DNA of 64,000 nt from Psammoneis japonica. Its lineage: Eukaryota. The notes beneath the pieces are model-generated. The model saw nothing but the letters and a program-made list of their open reading frames with translations. It ran no database searches and was not told where the DNA came from. Shown in pieces: positions 1 through 10,885 of this stretch (position 1 is its first letter; each line of letters starts with the position of its first letter). Position numbers and translations under genes: made by a program. Location of the stretch: NCBI GenBank assembly GCA_008632985.1, contig QPGO01000002.1, positions 744,001 to 808,000 on the forward strand, in the 5' to 3' direction.

Positions 1-1
1 A

Positions 2-1944
2 AGTAATATATCGACAAATGATAAGATTGCCTATCTGCGTGCTCAAAATGTGACGGAGGATCAACTACACAAGGCTTGGGAACGTATCGCCGAACAAAAA
101 GACATCTCATCTGCTCCTACCGCTACGTCTACTAATCCTCCACAACCTGCACCACCACAACAACAACAATGCCACCCATCCAGAATGAAATCCATGCAAT
201 CATACAATTCAGATTTTCGGCAAGCACTACCACCATCTTATCCACCAAATAATTATCAATCACAACACGGTTATTATCATTATCAAGAGACGGACGAAGA
301 ACCGCAATATACAAACGCTGCGTTGTTCTTGACAATTGGAGGCATGTTGGGTCTTGGAGCTGCTGCAGCGGTGCGTTGGTTAAATGGTGGTGACTTTACT
401 CTCATGCCTCCTCCGTCCATGGAAGAAAAGAGTGTTGTTGTTGAACATGACCAACAACAACGATATGTATCTCACGAGGAAGAAGAAGAGTCACAAGAAC
501 AAATCTACCTGCAAGACGATGAAGAGATTATTCATTCCACCGATGACATGATTGCTCCCGAGGACGATTCTGCTCGTTATAATCCTCTCTTGGAACAAGT
601 GCAAGAACTCACTACAGTCCTCAAGTCTCACGTGGCAACGCAGGAACGAGTGTTGCAAAAAATGTCGGCCACCCATCAACGTCAAGTTACGGAAAAGCCA
701 TGGATTTGCTTCGTCCACCACCCGAGCCGCCAGCTACCGCAATGTTACAGAATCATGAGTCATACTCCGCACCACTCTGGGCCCTCTATGCACAATTGGT
801 GGACTTCGTGCACACTAAGCAGCACAACTAGCAGCGGAACAACACCACGAATAGCGACCAAGAATCCGAGCTACGAGTCGAGTTGTTGCAGCAACTGTGT
901 TCTTGTATCAAGACGATTGAATTGCAGGTAGAGGTGAAGGTAATGTAGAACCCGATAGCTCCTCGCCGACCTTTACAAGAAAGTCACTCTCTACCGACTC
1001 TTCTTCAACATCGTCTGGTACGCCCGTTTCTCGAGGAACAGCCAATAAACAACAATATTCTGACTCAAGACAAGACTGTTTCCAGTCGGCCACCCACAAG
1101 CTTGCATGGTGCCATTGAACAGTTGGCACTCGAAAACGAACCCAACACTCTAAGATCGGGTGCACAGATTCTCTATCTCTACACACTCAATCTGTCGAGT
1201 CATTCTACGGTTCCACGCTATCGCAAGATTTACAAATCCAACGAGACCTTTAAGCGGGTTCAAGAGTTAAAAGGAGGCACAGAGTTGTTGCTTGCCGTGG
1301 GATTCCAAGACAGTGGCAATGTGTTGGAATGGCAGGGTGATGATCTGACGTGTCTCAAAGAGGCTGCCGCGGCACTCTCCATTCTCAAGTCTCCTCAACA
1401 AGAGTTTGATGCCAACGCCTTGGCCCAAGCTGCCACGGCGGTCTTGTCGTCTTGTAAAGACACTACTACGCTTGAGAATACCACGCCCATGCGAAAATCG
1501 TCGTCCTTGGACGACGACTTTGCCAGCATTCCAGAAAATGACGACCTGTTGCAAACACCCCAAACCAACATTTTGGTATCACCACCCTCGACGAAAAAGC
1601 ACACGTTTTTATCATCGTCGGGCTTTCCCGAAGCGCCGTTGGATATTTTGAATGAATCATCATCCGCCCATGCTCACGAAGAAACGAGTTTGCTGGATAT
1701 ATCGTCGGCGTCTCTCGAAATTCGACCCTATCCCAATGAAGATGAAGAACAAGAAGAAGAACTCTTTTCGTCCGATTCCGTTGTGCAGGAAGAGGAAGAA
1801 GAAGATACGAGTAGTGATGGTGCCGAGCCCGCTACACCCATGATGACCAACGCATCAACAACGATAAGTAGTAATGGGGGAGAGAGCAGTGTAGAGCCTT
1901 CCGATAATCTTCAAACGCCACGGCTTAATAAAGAATTAATATAA
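2..1944 (+). CDS. Pex14-like peroxisomal membrane protein with C-terminal PUB domain (5' partial; apparent frameshifts at ~697-1100)
   Basis: Frame is open from the window edge: STNDKIAYLRAQNVTEDQLHKAW resembles the Pex14 N-terminal motif. It is followed by a Q/P/Y-rich linker, a TM segment (ALFLTIGGMLGLGAAAAVRW) and a coiled coil. ORF 1102-1944 has a PUB signature (LYLYTLNL..PRYRKI...NETFKRV..GGTELLLAVGF). Joining the parts needs several indels. Confidence 0.55.
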
Positions 1945-2305
1945 AAGGGGGAAATTAAATGTGATGAATAAAACGCAACAAAAGCATGAAACATCCTTAA
2001 AATGCACTGCTAATGCTTCAAAGACATTGCCAAGAGGGAAAATCCCCATATTATAATACTGGTTCTTCTTGCTTTCCATGATCGCGCTATTCTGGTCGAT
2101 AAATTCTTTCAGTCGCGGACCGGCGGAACTAGTCTAGTCTATTCTAGCTAGAAAAGCAAATTAAAAAGATGAAACTATCCGTCTAAATACCGGTATAACA
2201 TTACTAAAATTTCGTAGAATCCCCCAAACAAGTATTATCCCCCCAACTAACTACTAACTAACTATTTCCCCAATTTCCCCTTGCCTCGTCGAGCTCTCTT
2301 CTTTT

Positions 2306-3046
2306 TTAGTTTCGAATGGCCGAACGAACACCGTGATTCATGTAGTTGTGCGTACGCAACGAAGACGTGGCCCTCGACATGGAGGGTGGTTTCCACGCTG
2401 CCGCAGACTTGTGGTGATGATGCTTGGTCACGACGGGAGACGTGGCGGTGGGATAGTTCTCGAGAGCAGCAGCATCACTCATTTTGATGTGGTTTTCCGT
2501 AGAACCAACACGTGGAATCATCTCGGTGGTAGAAGCACCCCCACCACCACGGCTCATGAGTTTCTTCTTTTCCATATTGAGTTCTTGCAATTCCATGGCA
2601 TACTTCAATTCCATGGATGCCTTGGAGCCCGTCATGGCGTACATGCCGTTCATGCACGACATTTCCATTTGCGTCTGTTCGTCCTTGAGACTACCAATCG
2701 CACGCTGCATGAGATTCACCATGGCATCGCACGATAGCTTGATCATGGCGAGTTGCTTCTTGATCATGACGACTTGATGAACCGAACGACAGACTTGAGA
2801 CTCGAGGTAAGTGGCGTAATGAGGAGTCGTGCTGTCGTTGGCACGGGCAATCTTGATGCACTGCGTGTACACAAACAGAGGTGACTTGGAGATGGTCTTG
2901 GTGAGGAGCGTCTCGACACGCGTTTCGGCGTCCTTGAAGCGCTTGTGGAGCTTGTCCTTTTCAAGCTCGTGATTCTGGCGGTCCAAGGCGCCCCTGGCAC
3001 GGAGCATGGCGAGCTCTTGACGGGCCTTTTCGATGGCAACTTCCAT
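2306..3046 (-). CDS. Uncharacterised coiled-coil protein (246 aa)
   Basis: Clean ATG (CCGCCATGG context) ORF with heptad-like helical composition; no recognised domain. Confidence 0.7.
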   Translation of the reverse strand: MEVAIEKARQELAMLRARGALDRQNHELEKDKLHKRFKDAETRVETLLTKTISKSPLFVYTQCIKIARANDSTTPHYATYLESQVCRSVHQVVMIKKQLAMIKLSCDAMVNLMQRAIGSLKDEQTQMEMSCMNGMYAMTGSKASMELKYAMELQELNMEKKKLMSRGGGGASTTEMIPRVGSTENHIKMSDAAALENYPTATSPVVTKHHHHKSAAAWKPPSMSRATSSLRTHNYMNHGVRSAIRN

Positions 3047-3525
3047 GGCGGTGTGTTTCTCTGATGGAGCAATATAATTCGTATGTTTTGAGAGAATGAT
3101 CAGAAGTGAAAGTGCGTGGAATGAATGGAAGGCCCCGGGAAAGTTCTTGGATGCGATTTCAGAAGATTACTTAGAGGTCGCACTTTTCGTGCGTGGCTCG
3201 GAGTGTCAAAACTTCCCACCAAAATACTTAGGACTAGACATTTATAGATTATTCGAGCATTATTATGTATGTGGATTTCGGACAATTCTTCCCCGACTCA
3301 TTCTACCTCATCCTATTCGACGATTATTGGTCGACGTCACGACTTTCCTTCCGTGAGATCCTGATCGCAAAACCGTATCTTTTTCCTCCTCCCTCCTCGT
3401 GGGTGCAACGCACACCCAACACACCTCGATAGAGGAACAGAATTTCTCTCCAAAACCTCTGTGCGTTGCGTTGTGTTTTGTTCCTCTCGTTGTCACCACA
3501 AAACTTGCAACACAACTTTCTCACC

Positions 3526-6500
3526 ATGGCATCTGTGAATGTCGTGCCATTCGAAGAGCATGTCCGCTCGCACGGCATGTCTCTCGAGAACGTCAAGAAG
3601 TTGTCTCCTGATGAGTTTCGTGAGAAGTTTCGAAAGCTCTCGACTGGTCCGCTCCAGCACGCTTCCAATTGGCGAGCCTTTTGCAACCTCAAGGATCTTC
3701 CTGTCGTCAATACCAAGATGACGTGCCTCACGCAAGTCTGTAAGGAAGTAGACTTGTGTATGGACCAAGTGTTGCAATTGAAGACCAACGAATTCAGTTT
3801 TCTGGTAGTCAACATTCTGAAGCAATCCGTTGCGGATTATCCTCCTCTCTTTCGGCTCTACCAGGAGGCGCAAAAGCAGAGTCGCACGACTGAAGCTGCT
3901 GCCGCCTCTTTCGAACCCGACACGGCGCCAAGTAGCAGCGGTGAGGCTGTTGCTACAGCTGCTTCGGCGGCTGCTATTGTTCCTACACAAGTAACCTCCG
4001 AGAAGAAGCCGGCATCTGTTCCTGGCAACCCCAAGAAGAGCAGCACTTTAGCTCCCGTGGTTGCTTCTCCAGTGCGCCGTACTCCCACGTCCACCGCTGC
4101 AGCCGTAACTCCGTCTCCCGCAAAAGAAAAGCAGGCTTCTCCTACTTCTTCAACCAAGTTGGAACCTGTTCCCGGTAGTAGTGCTCGTGCAGAGAATGCT
4201 ACTCCTGTGATCCCCAAGAATAAGCCTGTAAAGGCTCGTAACACTACTATCAAGAAGAAAAAGAAGAAGCCGGCTCCTCGAGCAACTTCGTCTCCGCGAA
4301 ACAAGTCTATCGAAGACATCAAGACTGGAATTCTTTCAGTTTTGGCCCAATCTCGTTCGGTTGGAATCCAGGAGCTACAAAAGGTCTATGTTGCCTCGGA
4401 GGTGGGGTACAACAACCATGAAACCAAGAAGTTCCGAGATTCGCTCAGCAGTCTCCGCAAGGATGGATTTGTGAAAACTTCCAAGGAAACGATTCGACTC
4501 ACCGACCAAGGAATCCATGCTTGTCCGGTTGTGGAAGCACCCAAGAGTAACCACGAGATTCAGCAACGGTGGTTGACGATTTTGCAAAACATGGGCAAAG
4601 AGCATACACCCATGGACAAGACCAAGCTTATGTTTGACTACATGTGTGCCAACTCGGACAACAGGGTGCATTCCGTCAAGGCGATTGCGGACAAGGCGGG
4701 TTACACAAACTTGGAGACACGAGCTCTTCGTAACTTTAACAAGCTACTCAAGGATTACAAGTTGGCGACGAATTCCATTGACCCCGTCACCAAGAGCAAA
4801 ACGGTACACTTGACAGATATTCTGTTTCCGTTTGGTCAAGAGGCCGCTCCTGCTGTGGCGGCTGCAACAGTCGAATCTGCTCCCACCATTATTACCTCCT
4901 CCGTCTCCGACAATGGTCCGAGTACTACGACTCCAACTGCCCCAGTGGCAGGTGTGCAAGGTACAAACCCACAACCTGCAGTGGTTACTTCCTTGTCGAA
5001 TCGTCCAGCTTCCAACAGTGCCTCCGTGCCAGCTCCCGCGGAGGTCACTTCGTCGCCTCCAGCACCAGCAGACAGCAAGAAGAAAGCGTCTCCCGCAAAA
5101 GAGAAGCAGGCTTCTCCTACTTTCACCAAGTTGGAACCTGTTCCTGGTAGCAGTGCTCGTACAGAGAATGCTACTCCTGTGGCCCCCAAGAGCAAGCCTG
5201 TAAAGGCTCGTAAGACTACTATCAAGAAGAAAAAGAAGAAGCCGGCACCTCGAGCAACTTCGTCTCCGCGAAACAAGTCGGTCCAAGACATCAAGGCTGG
5301 CATTCTTTCAGTCTTGGCCCAATCTCGTTCGGTTGGAATTCAAGAGCTACAAAAGGTCTATGTTGCTTCGGAGGTGGGGTACAACAACCATGAAACCAAG
5401 AAATTCAGGGATTCGCTTAGCAGTCTCCGCAAGGATGGATTTGTGGAGACTGCCAAGGAAACGATCCGACTCACCGACCAAGGAGCCAATGCTTGTCCGG
5501 TAGTGGAAGCACCCAAGAGCAACCACGAGATTCAACAACGGTGGTTGACGATCTTGCAGAATGTGGGCAAAGAGCATACGCCCATTGATAAGACCAAGCT
5601 TATGTTTGACTACATCTGTGCCAGCTCGAACAACAAAGTGCATTCCGTCAAGGCGATTGCGGACAAGGCGGGTTACAAAAACTTGGAGACACGAGCGCTT
5701 CGTAACTTTATCAAGCTACTCAAGGATTACAAGTTGGCGACGATTTCCATTGACACCGTCACCAAGAGCAAAACGGTGCACATGACAGACATTCTGTTTC
5801 CGTTTGGTCAAGAGGCCGCTCCTGCAGTGGCTGCAGTAAACGTCGAACCTGCTGCCGCTATTGTTGCCTCCGACTCCGAGAATGCCCCAGCGGCGGTTGT
5901 TGTCCAAGGAACAAACCCACAACCTGCAGTGGTTACCTCTTTATCGAATCGTCCAGCTTCCAATAGCACCTCCGCACCGGCTCCCGCGGAGGTCACTTCG
6001 TCGCCTCCAGTAGCTGCAGACAGCAAGAAGAAACCGTCTTCTCCTCCAAACAAGGATCTAATCGATGGAGCCAAGAACCAACTACTCAAGGCCATGGCCG
6101 AACTCCGTGCTCTTGGTGTGACGGAGCCGTCTATCGAGTGCGCTTCGCTCATGGCGGGCTACCTCAACAAGGACAGCCAGACGGTACGCTTGGCGCGTGT
6201 AGAACTCCAAAAGGCGGGGCTCCTTGAAATCGTCAAGCGCACCCAAGAGATGCGTCTCACGGATTTGGGAGTCACGGCGATTCCTCCCGTTTCACCGCCA
6301 CTGAGCAATCAAGAGATGCAAGGGCGTTGGCTCTCGGCATTGAACAAGAAGAAGAAGGAATTTCCGTCGGACGCCAAGAAAAAGGTCATGTTTGAACTCT
6401 TGTGCGACGGCAAGGTGCATTCGGAAGCAGAGGTGGGCGAGAAGGGTGGGTACTCGAATCTGGGTTCTCAAGCCTTTCGTAAATTTGTCAACTTCATGGT

Positions 6501-8877
6501 GGACGACCTCAAGCTAGCCACGTCCATCCCGGACCCCCAAAACAAGAAGAACAAGTTCTTGAAGCTCAACGATATTGCTTTTCCGTATGGTCGAGAAGCG
6601 GTTCGTCAACCTGAAAAAGTTCCCCCTCGACGGACGGATACCGCGGTTGTAGCCGTCGCATCTGCTGCTACCGTAGCCAGTGGGAACGATGTGCCGCAGC
6701 CTGACGCTGCTCCAAGCAGTACGTCCCCAGGTATCCAACGAGTTGCACAACAACCGGCGAAGGTTGCGTCTCCGACTCGTGCTCCCAAGAAGGCAAAGAA
6801 AGCAGCATCTCGAGCAACTCCGTCTCCTGTGAAGCGTGCCACGACTTGCGGGCAATCAGGACGCATTAAAGTTGTCAAGAACACAATTCTTTCCATCATG
6901 GCCGAGACGCGTGAGATTGGCATGCTTGAAGTCCCAGTCATTTATGTTGCAGCCATGTCTGGATACAAGAATCCAAGGTCTGAAATGTTCAACGATGCAC
7001 TCGGAGAGTTCAAAAAGGGCGGCCTCATCGTGGCTGACAAGAACAAGACGCTGAGCCTCACCGAAGAAGGGGTCAAGGCTTGCCCTCAAGTTTCTCCGCC
7101 AAGCAGCAACGCAGAAATGCAAGATCGCTGGCTGGCCGTGTTGCAGAAGTTGGGAGAAGGTGTCACACCAGCCAAAAAGGCAGAGGCAATGTTTCGCTTG
7201 CTTTGTAAGGATGGAAAAGCTCATTCCGTTGAGGACATCGCTTCCGCAGGAGAGTGCAAGAACCTCAGGTCGGAAGCTTTTGGGAAATTTGTCAGGTGCT
7301 TGGTGGACAGCAAGATCGCGGCTGAAGTCAGAGATCCAGCTGCCAATGCAAAGATGATTCAGTTGACCCGTCTCGCTTTTCCATTTGGCCCAGGTGACAT
7401 GTCTACAAACAACGCTTCGCTCCGTGATGCCCAGAGCCCGGACGATGCTCCAAGCAGTGCGCCGCCAACAGCCATTGTTCAAGAAGCTCAAAAGGAAGCT
7501 CCAGCGATTGCGTCTCAGGATCTCGCTCTCGAGACTAAGGACGACAAGAAGTGCCAGACGAGTGCTTCGGGGCCTGCGACAAAGAAGAAGCTTGTTGCGA
7601 CAAAGCCTGCTTTTGGAAATCAAAAAGATACGATTAAGCTCGAGGCAACCAAGAATCTCATTCTTGATGCCATTGCAGAGCTGCAGGTTCTCGGAGTGGA
7701 GGCTCCTGATGCGTACGTTTTGGGCCGCTCTCCCTGCACGTGCACGACTTCCAGAGTATATGCAAAGGCAATGAAGGAGCTCAAGGAAGAAAACCTCATT
7801 GAAAGGGGCTCGGAAGCTGGAAAATTTCGCCTTACGGTCAACGGAGCGAACTTACGACCCCATGCAGTGGCACCTCGGAGCAACAAGGAAGTGCAATCTG
7901 TCTTCTTGGACGCACTCTCCAAGTCAAAAAGAGACGGCTTTCCTCCGCAGCCGAAGCTCTCTGCCATGTTTGAAATGCTCTGTGATGGCCAGTGGCATGC
8001 CGTTTTGGATGTGGCCAAGGCTGGAAACTATTCTTGTGTAACTTCAAAGGGCCTTACGACATTTCTGAGTGTTTCCAAAGACTTCAATCTTATTGAGAAG
8101 GCTGGGAATGGCGACGTGAGGTTTACCGATATTGCGTTCCCGCATGGTCGAGAACAAGCAACGGCTGCGGGTATCACTGCGGCATCCGCCACCATCGTGC
8201 CTCCAGTTGTCAATCCCCCGTGCGCCAAAAAGAAGCGCAAGACCACTACCTCCTCGAGTAGGCCTGCGAAAAAGAAACGCGTCATTTCAAAGCCTAAGGC
8301 TGCGTCTACTTCCAAGCAGGGACCCGTTGCTGTTGCATCGGTATCTAGCACTGGCAACCTGGAGGAAACAAAAGGGCTTATCATTGATGCTATCGCGGAG
8401 CTACAAAAAATTGGCGTGGAGGCTCCCGACGAATACGTCTTGGGACGATCGCCGTACTCGTGCGCCAAATCAAAGATGTATTCCAAAGCAATGAAAGAGC
8501 TCAGGCAGGAGCAGCTGATTGAAAGGGGTGCAGCTGGAAGGCTCCGCCTAACGGAAAAGGGTCTTGGCATGCGCCCTCAAGTCGAAGCTCCGCGGAGTAA
8601 CAAGGAGGTGCAGGATGTTCTTCTCGGAACACTCAAGACGTCAACGAAACCTGGCTATCCAACAGCGAGTAAGGTCGCCGCCATGTTCGATGTGCTCCGT
8701 GATGGCCAGCCGCATGCAGCGATAGATGTTGCCAATGCTGGGAACTATACTTCTTTGAAATCTAAGGGTCTGTCAACGTTTCTCAGCTTCGGAACGCAAA
8801 TCAAGCTACTCGAGAGACCGGCGAAAGGCAAGGTGCAGCTCACAGACGTCGCCTTTCCATATGGGCGTGGCGCCTAA
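3526..8877 (+). CDS. Large intronless protein (~1783 aa) with six tandem double winged-helix modules and K/A/P/S/T-rich linkers; probable chromatin/DNA-binding protein
   Basis: 5.4-kb open frame with ATG in CACCATGG at 3526. Six ~175-aa repeats (I/L..K..IL..+AE...G....GY.N.....F..AL..L...G......RLT..G ... P.SN.E.Q ... MF..LCDG..H....A..G.Y....S..F ... LTDIAFP.G). Linkers carry poly-K NLS-like runs and SPxK motifs. Confidence 0.85.
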   Translation: MASVNVVPFEEHVRSHGMSLENVKKLSPDEFREKFRKLSTGPLQHASNWRAFCNLKDLPVVNTKMTCLTQVCKEVDLCMDQVLQLKTNEFSFLVVNILKQSVADYPPLFRLYQEAQKQSRTTEAAAASFEPDTAPSSSGEAVATAASAAAIVPTQVTSEKKPASVPGNPKKSSTLAPVVASPVRRTPTSTAAAVTPSPAKEKQASPTSSTKLEPVPGSSARAENATPVIPKNKPVKARNTTIKKKKKKPAPRATSSPRNKSIEDIKTGILSVLAQSRSVGIQELQKVYVASEVGYNNHETKKFRDSLSSLRKDGFVKTSKETIRLTDQGIHACPVVEAPKSNHEIQQRWLTILQNMGKEHTPMDKTKLMFDYMCANSDNRVHSVKAIADKAGYTNLETRALRNFNKLLKDYKLATNSIDPVTKSKTVHLTDILFPFGQEAAPAVAAATVESAPTIITSSVSDNGPSTTTPTAPVAGVQGTNPQPAVVTSLSNRPASNSASVPAPAEVTSSPPAPADSKKKASPAKEKQASPTFTKLEPVPGSSARTENATPVAPKSKPVKARKTTIKKKKKKPAPRATSSPRNKSVQDIKAGILSVLAQSRSVGIQELQKVYVASEVGYNNHETKKFRDSLSSLRKDGFVETAKETIRLTDQGANACPVVEAPKSNHEIQQRWLTILQNVGKEHTPIDKTKLMFDYICASSNNKVHSVKAIADKAGYKNLETRALRNFIKLLKDYKLATISIDTVTKSKTVHMTDILFPFGQEAAPAVAAVNVEPAAAIVASDSENAPAAVVVQGTNPQPAVVTSLSNRPASNSTSAPAPAEVTSSPPVAADSKKKPSSPPNKDLIDGAKNQLLKAMAELRALGVTEPSIECASLMAGYLNKDSQTVRLARVELQKAGLLEIVKRTQEMRLTDLGVTAIPPVSPPLSNQEMQGRWLSALNKKKKEFPSDAKKKVMFELLCDGKVHSEAEVGEKGGYSNLGSQAFRKFVNFMVDDLKLATSIPDPQNKKNKFLKLNDIAFPYGREAVRQPEKVPPRRTDTAVVAVASAATVASGNDVPQPDAAPSSTSPGIQRVAQQPAKVASPTRAPKKAKKAASRATPSPVKRATTCGQSGRIKVVKNTILSIMAETREIGMLEVPVIYVAAMSGYKNPRSEMFNDALGEFKKGGLIVADKNKTLSLTEEGVKACPQVSPPSSNAEMQDRWLAVLQKLGEGVTPAKKAEAMFRLLCKDGKAHSVEDIASAGECKNLRSEAFGKFVRCLVDSKIAAEVRDPAANAKMIQLTRLAFPFGPGDMSTNNASLRDAQSPDDAPSSAPPTAIVQEAQKEAPAIASQDLALETKDDKKCQTSASGPATKKKLVATKPAFGNQKDTIKLEATKNLILDAIAELQVLGVEAPDAYVLGRSPCTCTTSRVYAKAMKELKEENLIERGSEAGKFRLTVNGANLRPHAVAPRSNKEVQSVFLDALSKSKRDGFPPQPKLSAMFEMLCDGQWHAVLDVAKAGNYSCVTSKGLTTFLSVSKDFNLIEKAGNGDVRFTDIAFPHGREQATAAGITAASATIVPPVVNPPCAKKKRKTTTSSSRPAKKKRVISKPKAASTSKQGPVAVASVSSTGNLEETKGLIIDAIAELQKIGVEAPDEYVLGRSPYSCAKSKMYSKAMKELRQEQLIERGAAGRLRLTEKGLGMRPQVEAPRSNKEVQDVLLGTLKTSTKPGYPTASKVAAMFDVLRDGQPHAAIDVANAGNYTSLKSKGLSTFLSFGTQIKLLERPAKGKVQLTDVAFPYGRGA
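4112..6035 (+). repeat. Intragenic ~0.95-0.98 kb tandem duplication (modules 1 and 2 plus linkers)
   Basis: cgtctcccgcaaaaga..caggcttctcctact occurs at 4112 and 5088; acaaacccacaacctgcagtggtt occurs at ~4963 and ~5911. Confidence 0.9.
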
Positions 8878-9077
8878 AACGAAATGTGCGAGGATCGAAT
8901 AAAGGGGCATTAGGTCATTAGCAACTCTTGTATGATTAGAAAGAAAATCTCTATAGTATTATGTATCAGAACGTGCCTACGTCTAAAACAACTAGAAACC
9001 GACAAATAGTTTCGACCTTACAAAAAGTTCGGAAGAATGAATCATCAATCTCGACCCGCAAGAATCTTATTCATCCG

Positions 9078-10523
9078 AACGCGAGTAACGATAATTTTTG
9101 GGATTCTGGCAGTTCATCTCACTTCTTAAAGCTGAAGACTCCGCTGATGATTCATTTTGGTTGGTCCGGGTCGCAGTATTGGATAATCCTTGGGACAGGC
9201 TATACACATCGACTGATATAGGTAGTTGTGATTCCCGTGTATTTATAGCGGTTTCATCGACAACGCCTCCTTCTAACCCAACTCCGTCGACGCCAAAGCC
9301 GGCGCCACCTACTCCGACATGCGCTCAGAACGAACGAGAGTTTATTTCAAAGATTGACGCCAATGATTCCCTAACGGAGCAAGACTTTGTCAACCTCTGT
9401 CGGGAAGCATCTTCTGGCTACTGGCATTCGCACAAGGTCCTTGCGAGAAACCGCATTGGAGCAAAGAACAAAAGCCTTGAATAGCTCTGCGTGAAGAGGT
9501 CGACATTTCCATGGAGGAGGTGCTTTCCCTCCCTGAAGATTTCAAATCATGAGACAACGTTTTATCGTGGCCACATAACTCTTTTTGATATAACGCGAGT
9601 AACGATAATTTTTGGGATTCTGGCAGTTCATCTCACTTCTTAAAGCTGAAGACTCCGCTGATGATTCATTTTGGTTGGTCCGGGTCGCAGTATTGGATAA
9701 TCCTTGGGACAGGCTATACACATCGACTGATATAGGTAGTTGTGATTCCCGTGTATTTATAGCGGTTTCATCGACAACGCCTCCTTCTAACCCAACTCCG
9801 TCGACGCCAAAGCCGGCGCCACCTACTCCGACATGCGCTCAGAACGAACGAGAGTTTATTTCAAAGATTGACGCCAATGATTCCCTAACGGAGCAAGACT
9901 TTGTCAACCTCTGTCGGGAAGCATCTTCTGGCTACTGGCATTCGCACAAGGTCCTTGCGAGAAACCGCATTGGAGCAAAGCACAAAAGCCTTGAATAGCT
10001 CTGCGTGAAGAGGTCGACATTTCCATGGAGGAGGTGCTTTCCCTCCCTGAAGATTTCAAATCATGAGACAACGTTTTATCGTGGCCACATAACTCTTTTT
10101 GATATAACGCGAGTAACGATAATTTTTGGGATTCTGGCAGTTCATCTCACTTCTTAAAGCTGAAGACTCCGCTGATGATTCATTTTGGTTGGTCCGGGTC
10201 GCAGTATTGGATAATCCTTGGGACAGGCTATACACATCGACTGATATAGGTAGTTGTGATTGCCGTGTATTTATAGCGGTTTCATCGACAACGCCTCCTT
10301 CTAACCCAACTCCGTCGACGCCAGAGCCGGCGCCACCTACTCCGACATGCGCTCAGAACGAACGAGAGTTTATTTCAAAGATTGACGCCAATGATTACCT
10401 AACGGAGCAAGACTTTGTCAACCTCTGTTGGGAAGCATCTTCTGGCTACTGCCATTCGCACAGGGTCCTTGTGAGAAACCACATTGGAGCAAAGAACAAA
10501 AGCCTTGAATAGCGCTGCGTGAT
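9078..10523 (+). repeat. 514-bp tandem repeat, ~2.8 copies (9078, 9592, 10106)
   Basis: aacgcgagtaacgataatttttggg recurs at exact 514-bp spacing. Copies 1 and 2 are almost identical; copy 3 has about 9 substitutions. Confidence 0.97.
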
Positions 10524-10885
10524 TTCGTGACCACATTGCTCTTTTTGATATTTTCAAGCAACGACAGGAACATTCGAGCTCCTCCAAGAGAGGTGGATGC
10601 GCCCATGCAAAGGGAACGACTCACTCCTGCTGACATTTCGAGCTCCAAGCGTAAGACGAGTACAAAAGAGAGCTGTTTTCTAAATACTTCCGGCAAGAAG
10701 AAACGTGCCAATCCCAAGCACTACACAGCAGCATCCGTCCAGACCACTCAAGGCAACGCCGCGGCACTTGCTCGTGATGATGGGACATCAAAAGTGACAA
10801 AACTTGAACCACCAAGCGTCTCATCCTTGATGCCATTGCGGAGCTACAAGTTCATGGAATTGAGGCTCCCGAGAACGATGTCTCA
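9090..10885 (+). pseudogene. Chimeric relic: C-terminal piece of an M43-peptidase paralog fused to fragments of a paralog of the winged-helix-repeat gene
   Basis: PTCAQNEREFISKIDA matches PACAQDKREFVFKLEA (13.7 kb). EEVDISMEEVLSLPEDF matches KEVDLCMDQVLQLKTNEF (3.7 kb). ctcatccttgatgccattgcggagctacaagtt (10820) matches ctcattcttgatgccattgcagagctgcaggtt (7657). Stops and frameshifts are present. Confidence 0.7.

Noticed and set aside
9098..10512. Three 128-aa ORFs as real genes
   Set aside because: They start at TTG, are chimeric and frameshifted relative to their source genes, and simply track the 514-bp repeat.
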